Shown: positions 47,110-60,295 of the stretch, piece by piece
How positions within the stretch are numbered: the stretch's first letter is position 1
Layout of the letters: each line of letters opens with the position of its first letter
NCBI RefSeq assembly: GCF_018977255.1
Contig: NW_024704743.1
Coordinates: forward strand, 7,194,001 to 7,258,000
Origin: Callorhinchus milii
Taxonomy: Eukaryota
Reading direction: 5' to 3'
DNA: 64,000 nt
The notes under the pieces: model-generated
The model's database searches: none
What the model saw: only the letters and a program-made list of their open reading frames with translations
Told to the model about the DNA's origin: nothing
Made by a program: the position numbers and the translations under genes

Positions 47110-47570
47110 ATAATAAATAATAATAATCCTTGCATTTGATATAGTGCTTATCATGTCAGTGAGATGCCTCCAAGTGCTTCACAGAAAATATTGTAAAGTG
47201 AATTGACTGTGTAATTTGTGAGCAAAAACTGCCATTATCTGGGGTCTGCTGGCCAGGAGACGAGGACAAATTCTCTTCTCTTTTCAAATAGTACCATACA
47301 ATCTTGAATGTCCACCTGAGCGGGTACTTACATTAACATACAAATAGTTATTTGGGGAGGATAAGTTTACAGGGCTATGGGGAGAGAGAGCGGGGGAGTG
47401 GGATTGAATTGGGTAGTTCTTTTCAAAGAACCGGCACAGACACGATGGGCTAATTGGCCTCTTTCTCTGCTCTATGATTCTACGTTGAACATCTTATGTT
47501 AAGGTCAGCACTTCTGACAATGCAGCATTCCCCCAGCATGGCACCGGAGTGTCAGCCTACACTATTGTGC
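47110..47570 (-). mobile_element. DeuSINE interrupted by CR1 3' end (+, 47340-47480)
   Basis: SINE motifs either side of gggctatggggagagag...cacagacacgatgggc...ctatgattct. Confidence 0.75.
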
Positions 47571-48539
47571 TGAATGGCTGCCCTCCTCCTGTCCACCACG
47601 TATTATGATTCTATGAACAATCAACATTGAGATTCTTGGCCAATTTTCTTTCCATTCCCATTCTGGGATTTTCCCACCACAATCCCGTTCCAAAGTGGAA
47701 TCAAATCTAGGACCCTCCTGGTCTCAATGGCTCAGTACCACACCATGGCTTACTTCTTTCTATTACTTTTACTTTTTTACTTTTCTTTCTTTCTTTCTTA
47801 CCCTCTCTCTCTCTCTCTCTCTCCCTCTCGAAGGTATAATGACTGAGGTCAATTGTGATAGCTCTGTCCTTCCTGAGATCAGCACAAACCGGAGATCAAA
47901 CATGGGTTGTTCCGGGGTTGAATGGCTCAGTTTCACACTGGCCAGTGACTTTACCATCGGAGTCATTTTGTGCCACATGGTTTCCATTTTCATCGTAATC
48001 TGTACTCAGTGTTCTCCAGACGTATAATCAAACACTGCCCATCTCAAATCCTAGCATAGAGACCTAGGTTTTTTTTCATCAAGCATCCAGCTCAAAGTGT
48101 AATATCCTCTTAGGAGCACAGCTTTCATCTCAGGGACATGGCCAGAATCGACAGTGCCTACCATGCAATTATCATCTATGACAAGACATGAGAAAAAACA
48201 TCTGGTATGAGGCTGCCAGTCCACTTTGCAAGAGAAGAACTCCTTTGATCTTCATCTAAAGTTGTCTGCAGACTTTCACAGATCAATTAGTTAATCGACA
48301 TTTAGCCTTAATAGTCTCATCAGCTGACTGCTGTGTAAAAACAGTTATATTTAGTAAGCTCCTTTCACCAGAACTTCACTAAAATAACATCAGCTTTGAG
48401 ACACTTTAATGTCTTGTTTATACCATTTGTGGATAATGATTTCCTCCATTACTTCCTTTTATTCGAAATTACATTTTGGAACTCAGTCCATTACATCCAA
48501 TGTATACAGGCCATTAAATATTCACTAGTTTTCTCTGTG

Positions 48540-48900
48540 AGCAATCACTGTTCCTCTCGTTAGCTACAGTTTGCACAGAAAGTTTTGATAGATTTTGCAT
48601 TTAAACCAGGACTGCAACAGAAATAATGGTGATGCTTTAATGAAACATTTCAGAAAAGCAGTACTTACAGTATATATTTTAAATCTTTTGACACTCTGGC
48701 TGTTGTTGACTTAAATTGACAGTTTGATGTGGATGATTAATGTAATGTATAAATGAGCCGTGTTGTATAGAAATATGTCTTTTCTCCTGGAAGAATAAAT
48801 GACTTGCCAAGCTTATTTTTTTCCAAGAGAAAATGTTTATGTTGCTGCAATATCTGCCGATGAATTTGCAAGGGCCACGCAGGCCCCATTTGGACCACAA
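48540..48900. promoter_or_regulatory. Candidate PBX-HOX/MEIS enhancer
   Basis: TGACAG 48717-48722 and TGATTAAT 48734-48741 in a repeat-free island. Confidence 0.45.
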
Positions 48901-49914
48901 GTCTCACAGTCAATAATAATAATCCTTGTGTTTGATTCACCGTCTTTGCGATTCATAGAGTTTTCCTGTAAAGTGTAGTGACTGTGTGGCAGCCAATTTG
49001 CACACAGCAGTTTCCCACATGACTGTTTGTGGAACACTACTGTGAACAATTTGCCCAGAAAATATAGAGTCAATTTACTTTACAGTATATTCTGTGAAGC
49101 GCTTTGAGATGTCTCATCGCGTGATAAGGTGCTATCTCAAATGCAAGGATTATTATTACAAAACAGCCAAGAGACTGCACCACCACCAACAACAACTTGC
49201 ACTGCAGCGTCTCGGAGTGCTTTAGGATTGGTAACTAGAGGATTGTTGGCCATGATATTGGGAGAAACTCCCTTCTCTTTTCGAATAGTGTTATTTTTTT
49301 TAATATCCACCTGATGCAGGTAAACAGGGACTCGATTTAACGACTCATCTGAAGGAATGAAGTACAATTTATATTTATATAGCGCCCGAGGGTGGGAGAC
49401 TAGGGGGGTAAGGAGGAGAAAGATGTCCAAAAGCGCAGTAAAAGAGGTACATCTTGAAACCTTGAATGAGGTGAGAGAGGGATCAGGTCAGAGGAACTCT
49501 GGGATGGAGTTCCAAGGAGCAGGGACAGAAAGAGAGCTCGCCTGCTGATCGTGGAGTGGATAGAGCGGGGAAATGAAGTAGGCCGGTGTTCACTGAGCAA
49601 AGTGAACAACCAGGTTGGTAAGGTTGAAAGAGGTCACAAAGGTAGAGTGGGACAACAACAACAACTTTACTTTTATATAGTGCCCTTCACGTCCGGAGGA
49701 TGTCTCAGCTCTGGTGTCTTCGTGGTCAAACAACTTACTGCTACATTTTGCTCGTGCATATTAGTAGATTGTTTTCCCCGCTTAAAAACTGGGAAACCCT
49801 ACTTTTAAGCATATCACTTGAGCGTGAGTTCACTTATAATGTGGGTGTGGTGTATGTGAAATACACTTCCAGCTTCTGGCACCACCTGGTCAGAAGCCGA
49901 ATATGATGTCAGTG

Positions 49915-50230
49915 GTTTTTTTGGTCAACCAGCTGTCTGACGCATGCAGGAACCACTCCACACCCCCTCGGCTCCAACCAGCTCGGATGCCCAGCCAATA
50001 CTGTTAAGTGCTAAGGGACATCCTCCTGACGGGAAAGGAGCTACATGAATGTAACTCTGCATTGTACCATCACCATGTTGAAGAGCATCCAAACCAAACT
50101 GAGAGTTCTGTATGTGTCACCTAAACATGGAAATTCCTGTGTCTAGAATGGAATGTGCACTCTCTCCCCAGAGAGACGCACCCTAGTTACTTAATTCCAG
50201 AAAGTCTTAGGTATGGGTTGGCAGAAGTAA
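49915..50230 (-). mobile_element. Family C copy interrupted by an L2 tail (about 49960-50065)
   Basis: ttttttggtcaaccagctgtctgac...[L2]...ccatcaccatg...ccaaaccaaactgagagtt...ttacttaattccagaaag. Confidence 0.7.
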
Positions 50231-51024
50231 CATCAGTAGTGACCTGATGACCTGGAAGCAGAGCCCCAAGACAATTTTTTTTTCATGTACCCCTTATAAC
50301 ACAGGGTGTAATTGTTTGGGCTCACAGCACTGTTATCACCAGGCAGACGAATGCTTGGATTTGATAACATTCAGTAAACACAAATACTTTCTTTTCAGTC
50401 ATTCCGCAGTCCGATGCAAATAAATTTTCATCAATCAAAATCAATTATTTACGATCCAGGAAGACAAAGAATTGAGAAGAAAAAATGAATTAAAGAATGG
50501 CTTAGGTTTAGCAACTGTGCAGAGGGGATAAGGTGAACAAGGTCAACAAATTTGTATTTATATAGCGTCTTTCTTGTCGGGAGAATGTCCCAAGCCACTG
50601 GACAGTTGAGGGCTTGCACCTAAGCTGGGGTGTGGGCCTAGGGGGGCTCGGGAGTCAAGGGGGGGGGGGGTGAGATCCAAGAGAATGGGGACAAAGAGGA
50701 TGGGGAACAGATGAAACAGGAAATGGATGAATCTAAAACATACCCTTGTAGTGAGTGTTTGGTGAATGCACAAATGGGGTTACTAAGGCAGCACAAGAGG
50801 CCCTAGTTTGTGTTTTGTGTTCACCGAGCACGGAAATTGTTGAAGAAAAACTTCAATAAAAATCATGAAATTTTAAAAACTGATCATCGATATCTGACAA
50901 AAATCAGAAAAAGTAAAAAATGAATTTCCACCAGCCTTATTAATGATGGAGTCCTAAGCGCTCTGAGATAGTACCCGATGTGAAGAGTTCTTTATAAATA
51001 CATGTTGTTGTCCTGCATGAAGTT

Positions 51025-51580
51025 ACTCCACTTTACAGTATATTCTGTGAAGCACTTTGAGACGTCTCAACAACATGATAAGGCGCTATGTCAAATGCAA
51101 GGATTATTATTATTATTAATGTTAAAGTTAAAAATATATAATGATATCGTGCATAAATGATCCAAGGAGATAATAACAATAATAATAAGGATAATAATAA
51201 TAAGGATAATAAGCCTTGCATTTGATATAGTGGCTAAAACATCAAAACATCTCAAATCACTTCACACGTAATTACTGTTGAGTGAAGCCATTTGTGTATT
51301 TTGTGGGAAAATGCAGCAGACAATTTGCACACAGCAACATCCCACAAACAACCATAAAAAGAATGACCAATTTACCTGGAGGATTTTTAGCCAGGACACC
51401 AGGGAAAACTCCACATTCCAAATAGTGGGAGTGAGACTTTAAATAAAAGCTCTGAGATCGTACACATTTACCTGAGGATTGACAGAAGGCACTTTTATTT
51501 AAGATCTCATCCAAAGGAAAGTACCTCAGATAGTGTAGCGCTTCCCCAGTGATGCACAGGAATGTCAGCCTGGACTCAAG
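51025..51580. mobile_element. Tail-to-tail SINE pair
   Basis: Plus-strand tail 51025-51120 and minus DeuSINE 51170-51580. Confidence 0.75.
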
Positions 51581-52249
51581 TCTGATGTGTTTTTAGTGCA
51601 ATTTGTGTCATTACGCCAAGGGTGTGTAATAAAACAAATATTTTTCCCAAAAACCTCATCTTAAAGAACAGGCTCCTGTGGTATTATTATCAGATAAAGA
51701 GCCTGAGTTACAACAGGTCTCAAAGTGAAATATGTGCATGGGAATGAAGCCTGCATCAGGCGCCTTTTGGGAACTTTCTTTGGATGTGAGACCTACCTTT
51801 CCCAGTGCTCTAAAGTACTCACCAGCAGCGCATTAATCTCCTTTATCTCCCCAATGGTTTCCAGTTAACAAAGGCAAAAATTTCAGGGACTACTCAGGAG
51901 GCTTAGCATCCTGACATGACAAAGGAGACAAACAAAGTGTTTTGATGGATAGATGGCAGGACCCAGGCATGTTTTTGACCAATATTAATAGGTTAGTGGG
52001 TAGTGGAGCGTTTTCAGGCTACGAGCGCCTGAATGCTTCTGTAACATATCAACTCACACAATGTTGAGCTGCAGTTACCTTGCTTCTGGCTCCAGCACTG
52101 AGGTATTTTTTGAACCATGAGATTATTTTCATGCCTGGTGCTGCCAACATTTTTCTTCTCCTATTGAAAATGTCTTAATTGAAAATGTCTAATGATAGGA
52201 AAATAGTGTTCAGGAATGAGATTGTGGGAGGAGAAGAATTTGATGGTTA

Positions 52250-52550
52250 AATTGGGAAAAGACAATTACATTTGTTAAATGATTTGTCCTGCGTGACTTT
52301 GACCTAAATATTTTAAATCAAGAAGGTCAAGCCCTGTCTGCCATGGCTTTGATGCATTCATTACCCGCAGGAGAAATGTTTCTTAATATACATTTTAAAA
52401 TAAATTATGGGCTCAAACCTGTAGCATTTCACAATACATTTCCTGTGATAATTAAAACGGAAATGCTGCATGTTTCACCTCTATATCTGAGAGCACTTCA
52501 TCAAATGGCTGGCCCGGTCAATTTCTGCTCTTGTTCTGAGTCAGGGAAAT
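52250..52550. promoter_or_regulatory. Candidate conserved non-coding element
   Basis: Nuclear-receptor half-site repeat TGACTTTGACCT 52294-52305, AAGGTCA, TAATTA; repeat-free. Confidence 0.4.
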
Positions 52551-52771
52551 GAATAGATATGTAGGGGTAAACAACTGTGTCTGTCCTTTCACAAGTCACT
52601 GCAGGGGAAATTGGGCCTGGCATTGAGAGAGAGGAGGGAATGCTTTGGATTCATTCTAGGATGGTGGAAGGATAAGCAATGCCTTCCTTTTACTTTTTAA
52701 ATTATTTTTGAAAAATGCTTTCTTCCCCACCAATTTAATCTCCTTTCTTGAAGTTGTAATTCACGCTGGAG

Positions 52772-53345
52772 TGTTTTTTGTCAGCCAGGTCTCCAAGACT
52801 CTCGGAAATCCAGCACCATGCTTAAAAATATTGAAACCAATCTGAGAATTCCACGTATCTGACTTACATGTAGAAATTCCCGTGTATTCAAATGGAATAC
52901 GCACCCTCTTCTTGGTGGGAAGCACCCTTCTTACCCAGTTCTGGAGAGTATTTAGGCACAAGTTGGCAAGAGCCAAGGCCCGGAGTGTCGTATGTGTATT
53001 GATGGAATTTAACCCAAGCTAAAACTGCGACTGACTGGCAAGCTTTCTTGCTGCTTGTCCAGCCAGGATCACCCAGCCCATTAGGTCTTTGATTTGCAGG
53101 GTTAACAGGAGCTGTGTGGGAAAAGTCCCTAAACTCAGTGACTGGTCTGTCTCTCCAAGTCTCTCCGATGAGCCATGTTGGCTGTGCTCTCATCAGTGGT
53201 GCCCTGGAATACCGCAGATCCGCTTTGCTCAGGAACTGGACTCCCGAGACAGCCACAGAGGACTGGCTCAATTCCAATATTCTAATACCAAGCACTTTGC
53301 CTTGATGTCAGTTTAAGCACCAAGCAATCCCAGTTTACCCACCTC
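52772..53345 (-). mobile_element. Unassigned repeat family C plus D, longest copy
   Basis: T-run, C motifs, linker shared with 19340-19410, then D motifs shared with 25020-25180. Confidence 0.65.
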
Positions 53346-53664
53346 TAAGGAGTATATGCCTCCAGTAGAATAAGATTCTTCTGGGAACTCATTCTTCATT
53401 CTTGGGTTGAGTCAGGCTGTTGGACTGCAGGAAGGATCACAGTCTAGCTTGTACCTGTCTTCTACTGACATCTGCAAGCAACCTAACAGGGCTACTTGAT
53501 AGCAAGAAGGAGCATGAACTGTACTTAACCTCCCCTACACCCATGTTACCTGTACTCATCCAGCTTGTCCCAGTTAAGAATTTGCTTGTTGGGGTTAGCA
53601 ACAAGTCTACATTTCCAATTCTCAGAATGAATGAACAAATGAAGGGCTGAGCGAGGCAAATCTG

Positions 53665-53802
53665 AGGCCTGCATTTTTTCATGGTCATAAAGTTTAAGCT
53701 TTTTCCAGAAATTTGGAAAATAATCTTAAATGCAGCCTTAATTTGGAAGCCAGATTTTCGCAGTTCTTGAAAAGATAGTAATGTTCTTAAGACTAAGACC
53801 AA
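53665..53802. mobile_element. Palindromic MITE-like element (deleted)
   Basis: aggcctgcattttttcatggtc...aatttggaagcc...cttaagactaagacca. Confidence 0.55.
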
Positions 53803-54469
53803 ATGAAACGCAGGGCATCAGGATATATACTCAGTACTTTCTTGTCCCAAGTCTGACACTTAATTGATTGACTGAGCTACCTGGAATGTGCTTAACACAG
53901 CTATGCTGAGGCCAATTGCAATACCTCAACAACAACCCCAGATGAACTTTATTAACTCAGCACAGACCAGGGATCAAACCTGGGAAGTTCCTAATCTGGG
54001 CATTGCCTTTACCAACTAAGCAGCCAGGTTTTTTTTTCTTTTAATGTTTCTATTATACCCTGCATGAGGGGTGCTAAATAAACACAAGTTGTTGTTGTTA
54101 TTATTTAATTATTATTTTAATATGTGTTATTATTAGCCAGTGTTTCAAGTTGGTAAATATGATGAATTTGTTTTTCAAATTGGTATACCACTGGCTCACT
54201 CCAAGATAACCCCATTAAAGAAAATTGCTTGGCTCTAAGAAACACTCGCAATATCTGGTGCATGTCATTAATTTCTTTTATTGCCTTAGCTATACAGTAA
54301 AACAAGTTTCAAAGCAAATGTTTTACACTGAGTAGAAGCAGCCATTAACTGCTGCCCTGGTTGAGGTAAACTAACTCAGCCCAGGGCTCAAACCTAGACC
54401 TTTCTGGATTGATTCAATATCCCCCAGACAGCTCACTGTTCACCCATTCAATCACCAGGGGAGTAAGTA

Positions 54470-54890
54470 GTCACTCTTTCACTTTAAAGAAGTTGTGGGT
54501 TCAATAGTCTTGACTGACACTCAAATTCAGTGCTGTGGGTGTGTTGCACTGTCAGAGATGCTGTCCTTTGAATGAGAAATTAAACTGAGGTACAATCTAC
54601 CTGTGAGGCGGATGTTAAAGATCCTATGGCACTATTAGAAAAGAAAAGGAACTTTCTCCTGGTGTTCTGGCCATACCCCAAATTAAATTAGTCATTGACT
54701 TCATTAATCTCCCAAACTAAATTGATCATTCACTTTTATGCCTGTTTGTGAGATGTTTCAATGCACAAACTGACTGCAGTATTCACCTACAAAATAAAGT
54801 CACTACACTTTATAGTATATCCTGTGAAATGCCTGGAGAAGTCCTTCTGACATGAAAGATGCCATATAAATTGCAAGGCTTATTATTATA
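54470..54890 (+). mobile_element. DeuSINE, full length
   Basis: Head, Deu domain and tail. Confidence 0.85.
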
Positions 54891-56059
54891 TTTGGAGCTA
54901 CATTTCTATTACATGTATAATTGAAACCATGCTGTGAATGATTATGTATAATGGTAAGATATGTTTATGGATTGCATTTGATGCCTTATGGTTTCATAAA
55001 ATACTGTATTTTGCATTTGATGGAAAACTGTGCATAGTTTTATAACTTACCAATTATGAACTACAACAAGAGAGACAGAGAAAACACTCATTAGTTTCAC
55101 TACAGCAGGCTCATTTTTAAGTGGGATTGTCAATTTATTTCAAGAACTTGGCAATTTAACATGATGCTAGTTTTCCAAGTTATAAAGCTTGTCTATTTGA
55201 GAGGTTTTATGCATGCAGCCCATGTTTAAATTACTTTTCTATGTAATCCTAGGTTAAAAAAAAGGCAGCAAAGGTGCTTAAAATATAAGACTGATCATTC
55301 AAGAAACCTTATTTGATGATTTGACCTCATTTGATGTGTGCAATGACGTTAGTTGCAGAAAATACAGAACACTGATCATTTCTGTGTCAGCATTCAGCCT
55401 GAAAATTCACAATAGCTAATCTTTAGTGACATGATGTAAAGGGTTAAAAGTTCAAAAGATATTCCTTAAACTGGGTTATTCATTGTTCTGCACTGTATCG
55501 TAACCGATCTACTTATATTGTTTATAAATAGCACAAAACTAATGCATTTTTTTAAAAAAACTACTGCATAGCTTGCCTTTAATATAACTTCCAGTCAGTT
55601 ACACCACCCACTTAAATATAAGTTCAAAGCATTCAGAAATCTACAGGCTGGCATCTGCAGAATCCAGACACACAAAACCAAGCCAAAGAGCAGTGTGGAA
55701 TCCAGAAAATAAGAGGGTATTTAGCCAATAATTCCTGCTACACCAATCATTTACTTCTGGAACTCATCGCAATCATTCATTTGCGGCAAGTATATTATCA
55801 TATTGAGGGACCATGTCACAGTTTATTTCAAGAACGTATATTCTGAGTGTTGTACTTGGCAAATTCACAGGATGCTAGTTTTCTGAGTTATAAAGCTTGT
55901 CTATTTGAAAAGTTTTAGGGGTGCAGCCTGTGTTTGAGTTATTCTGAGGAAAGACCATGCTAAGAGTGTGGATATATCAATCAGGAAAGCATTTGAAGGG
56001 CTTTTGTTGATTTGGGGAAAAAAAACAGTAATAGAATTGTAGACTCAACAGCTGGTAAA

Positions 56060-56370
56060 GTAACCATTCCATCAGAATGCATCTTTCACGAAGAAAAAAA
56101 GGCTATAATTGCAAAGATAAAAGAGTCGATGGCCTGTAACTTGATGGAGGATATGCACATTTGTTTTTGTAAGACTGTTAGCTGAGAGCAGATTTATTAA
56201 CATTATAAAATATATTACAGGCACAATAAACACAACATCCTTTCTTATTTTCTCAGAACTATCTTCTGTCTTGAGTGTTTGGTTCGGATCAATGTTGCGT
56301 AGGTAGAAAGAGCTGCCATAAAACAAAAGATCACTTTATAAATGTTTTCCCGCTTCTATGACTGTTGGAG
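56060..56370. promoter_or_regulatory. Candidate conserved non-coding element
   Basis: Posterior HOX/CDX-type GCCATAAAA 56315-56323 and TTTAT motifs; repeat-free. Confidence 0.35.
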
Positions 56371-56589
56371 AAGGTACGCATAGTTTTTTTTATTAATATA
56401 ATAATAAAATATTAATTAGAATAATGCAGTAAACTCCTGATAACTCAATATGTCCTTAATCTAAAACTACCCCTTAAATCATCATGCTGACAATATCCTG
56501 GCCACATTTATTTATGTATTTATTCATACGCCTAACTCATCACTTCAGCTAATTCATCACTGAGCCATTTTCCCTTGGAGTTTATTGTA

Positions 56590-56970
56590 ATAATGATAAT
56601 CCTTGTACAATATTTGATAAGGTACTTTGTTATGTTGTCAAACCATGTCAAAGCACTTTCAGGATTTTTACTGTAAAATGTAGTGACTGTATTTTGTAGA
56701 TGAACGTGACACTCAGTTTCCACACAGCAGTGTCCCATAAACAGCCATAGAGTGAGTGACCAATCTTATCTGGGGAATTGTTAGCTAGAATATGGGAAGC
56801 AACTTCCTTATCATGTCGAATAGCATCACTGGATCTTTAACGTCCGCCTGGACAGGCAGACGGGACCTAAGTTAAACATCTCATCTGAAGGATGGCACCT
56901 CCTACAATGTCATGCTCCCCGAGCACTCTATTTTAGTGTCAATCTGGACTATGAGATCAAAGTCTTGACT
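56590..56970 (-). mobile_element. DeuSINE
   Basis: ggatctttaacgtccgcctggacaggcagacggg...ctgaaggatggcacctc. Confidence 0.85.
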
Positions 56971-57439
56971 TGACAAAGGCATAGATGAGATAGGTTTTAT
57001 TCATAAGGGAAATCAACTCTGAATTGCACATTTCCTCATAAAGTATCCTGCTTATACTGTATCACACAAGTTAAGCAAAACCAGTGGGTACTCCCCAATG
57101 TCTCATTGGATTAAATGCATTCCACAGTATGATATTGAGCAAAGCAGAATAAGGTTCTATAGATGGGACATTGCAGGACACAAATTGGCTGCTACACCCA
57201 CCCACAAACAGTCATTCCACTGTACAATATAACCTGTAAAGAGACATCCTCTGGACGTGAAGGGTGCTATATCAAATGTAAGGAGCATTATTATAATTGG
57301 TAGTTCCAACTCGCCTCGCAGCGTGCTTGGGTTAGGAAGAGGAAAACTAAGCCAAGGCACCCAAGTAAATCAACAGACCAAACATGATACAAATTGACTT
57401 TGTACTAATAATTCACTGAACAAATCAGTAGAACATAAC

Positions 57440-57820
57440 AATGATGAATCTTGCATTTGATATACAGTATCACCTACAGCACTGCAAAGTCTCATAGCAC
57501 TCCCAACTGTGCATTTGTAGGTAAATGCAAAAGCTATTTTGCACTTAAAGTCTAACAAATAGCCATGAAGTGGTTGTCCAATTGACCTAGGGGATTTTAG
57601 ACCAAGAGAAATTATTTTACTTTCCAATAGTATTTTACACCTGAATAGGCAGGGGATGCCTCAGTTTGATGTCTCATATGAAAGATGGCACCTCCAACAC
57701 TTCCCCAGCAAGCAGTAAGTATTAGCTTGGACGTGAACCTCAAGTCCCTACACAGGGCTTGAACCTACAGCCTTCTGATGTAGAGACAAAAGTGCTACCA
57801 ACTAAGTTAAGCTGTCAATT
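57440..57820 (-). mobile_element. DeuSINE (older)
   Basis: Tail, Deu and head motifs, diverged. Confidence 0.75.
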
Positions 57821-58789
57821 ACATATATCAGAAGAAGAACCAGCAACTGCACTGATGTAATATCAATCAGTATATCACCATCAGTTTGGAACAGGGGAAA
57901 GCGTAGCATGTGATTACCCATTGCTTCTGCTGTAAGTAAATACCATTGATAATATAAATAATGTACCCTACAGTTTCCTTATTGCCTGTCACAATATTAA
58001 GGTCTGTGATAGAAGGTTCTGAGAAATAATAATTGGCTTCCCATATGATGGCTTTTTAATGGGATGAGCTGTAATGGCGTAATCATGCCTCAAATGTAGG
58101 GTTGCAATAAGAAAATCCAGAATTCAAGTTTGAATCCAGGAATAATGAAGTGTTACTGATATGGGTGGAACAGCCACAGTATAAACACTGCAACTGTATC
58201 ACTATGACATTATGTGTGGCAATGGCACAAGGCACTCTACTGAAACCAAAGATTTAAGTGAGTACAGATCGACATCAAGCTTTTTAAAGTTTCTAAGGTT
58301 GTGTCACATTAATTTCTTTTTAATGGGAGATTTTCTGGCAAGGGTAAACTAAATACAGTATGCAGCAGTGACTTTAAAAGATTCTTAGCCAGTAATTGTT
58401 GCAAGAGGGAGAGTGGTGATGTTCAAGAATCAGCCCCATCTGAATATGGTCTGTTTCATCAGATTGAGTCAGCATGAATCAGTCTTCTTTCAGAGAAGTG
58501 TGGAGTAATAATCCCACAGAATTGTGAGTGATAACAATCTTACAAGGAATCTACAGAGGCTTTCTAGTCCTGGCATCACAATGCCTCTATTAGTTGTCTC
58601 TATCATTCTCAGACCATAGGTTTGAGGTATTTATTGCGGAAGCTTTGAACAACAATATGGTAGTTTGGATCATTGGTCAGTCTTGGAGACTGGAAGAAGC
58701 TGAAACAAGCATACAATAAATTAAGTGAGATCACACTCTGGTTATCAGCCAAATTCATCGAAATTCCCGTGTGCTGGCCAATGTTATAA

Positions 58790-59025
58790 AAGTAATAATA
58801 ACTCTTACATTCAATATAGCACCTTTTCACATCAGAAGGACATCTCAAAGCACTTCACATGATTTACTATAAAGTGTAGTGACTGTATATTTTGTAGGCT
58901 AACACGGCAGCCAATTTGTGCACAGCAATGTCTCACAAACAACCACAAAGTGAATGACCAATTTTATCTGGGGAATTGTTGGCCAGGACACTGGCAAAAA
59001 CTCCTGTCTCTTGTCAAATAGTGTT
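58790..59025 (-). mobile_element. DeuSINE 3' half
   Basis: cacggcagccaatttgtgcacagcaatgtc. Confidence 0.85.
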
Positions 59026-60134
59026 TCACCTTCCTCCAGAATGAAGTGAGATCACACTACACTCTATTTAACAGTCAAACTCAATCCCATTCTCATCTAG
59101 AATCCTGTATCCTGGCCAATTCTCCTTCTTCCTCAAAATACATATATTAAAAAATATGATCATTCATCTTATTGCTTTGTGGGGGATGTTGCTGGCACAG
59201 ATTCACTGCTCTGTTTGATTACATAACAATCACTCCTCTTCAAAGGTAACTCATGGTGTCAAGCTCTTTGAAACATTTTCGGGACATATATTTTAAAGAA
59301 CTGTTGATGGTTTTGAAAGGTAAGCTACAGCCAAAATACACAGTAACTACACTTTGCAGTGTGAAGCCTTTGAGACGTTCCCATAGTATGATAAGGCAAT
59401 AATAAAAAGGCACTATATCAATTACATGGATTATTATTGTTATAAAGTACTGCAGACTGATATAATAATTAAATGATGAAACTTTGCATTTATATAGTGC
59501 CTTTCACACCAAAATAAAAATCTCAAGGCATTTTATAAACATAATTGATTAGAAATTAAAGTGACTGTTGTAATATAGGCACACACCTCAGTTAAGCTGC
59601 ATAACAGCATCCCATGAGATGAGTAGCCAATAGAATGAAATTTGAGGGTAAATTTGGATGAGAAGGAAAATATAAACCAGGGATAACCTGGGGAAAGATT
59701 CCATGTTTCTTTGAAATAGCAATGGCTGGTCAATCTCTTCAAGTTCACATGAATCACATGGCAGACGGAATCTAAAATGAATAACAATAAATTATTAATT
59801 AATAACTAATGTTATTGCTGCTGTGTGACCTTTCATCATAGCTGACTGGCAATTTGTTTGATTATATGACAGTCACTACGCTTGGCTGCATTGGGAATAT
59901 TGAATCCAAGTTTGCTTCCGAGGCCAACATGTGCACATCAGAGGTCATTGGATAGTGAGTGACCAATGGTGATGTCTTTTCTCTTAACTTTTGTTAGAGT
60001 GCCATGTTTTGGGCGACATGATTATGCAGCTTGGTTAGAAATGAAGAAATGTACATTGGACATTTTAAGCCCCCGAGATGCTACCCTGCGTGAAGGGCTC
60101 TATATAAATGCAAATTGTTGTTGTTGTTGTTGTA

Positions 60135-60295
60135 GTGATCAAGTTAGGATCCCACTATTTTTTCCCAGGGGTGCTGCAGTCAATTGGAGCATCCATGTTG
60201 CCTGCAATGCTGAGATCAACTAACTCAGCACAGACTGGCAATCAAAGCTTGAACTTTAGGCAATGGTTTACCAGCTGAGCAGTCGGAGGAGCCAT
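60135..60295 (-). mobile_element. tRNA-like SINE family B fragment
   Basis: gctgagatcaactaactcagcacagac...accagctgagc; related copies near 8270, 12205, 23140, 27540, 33490, 41150, 47820, 53830, 54330, 62020. Confidence 0.65.
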
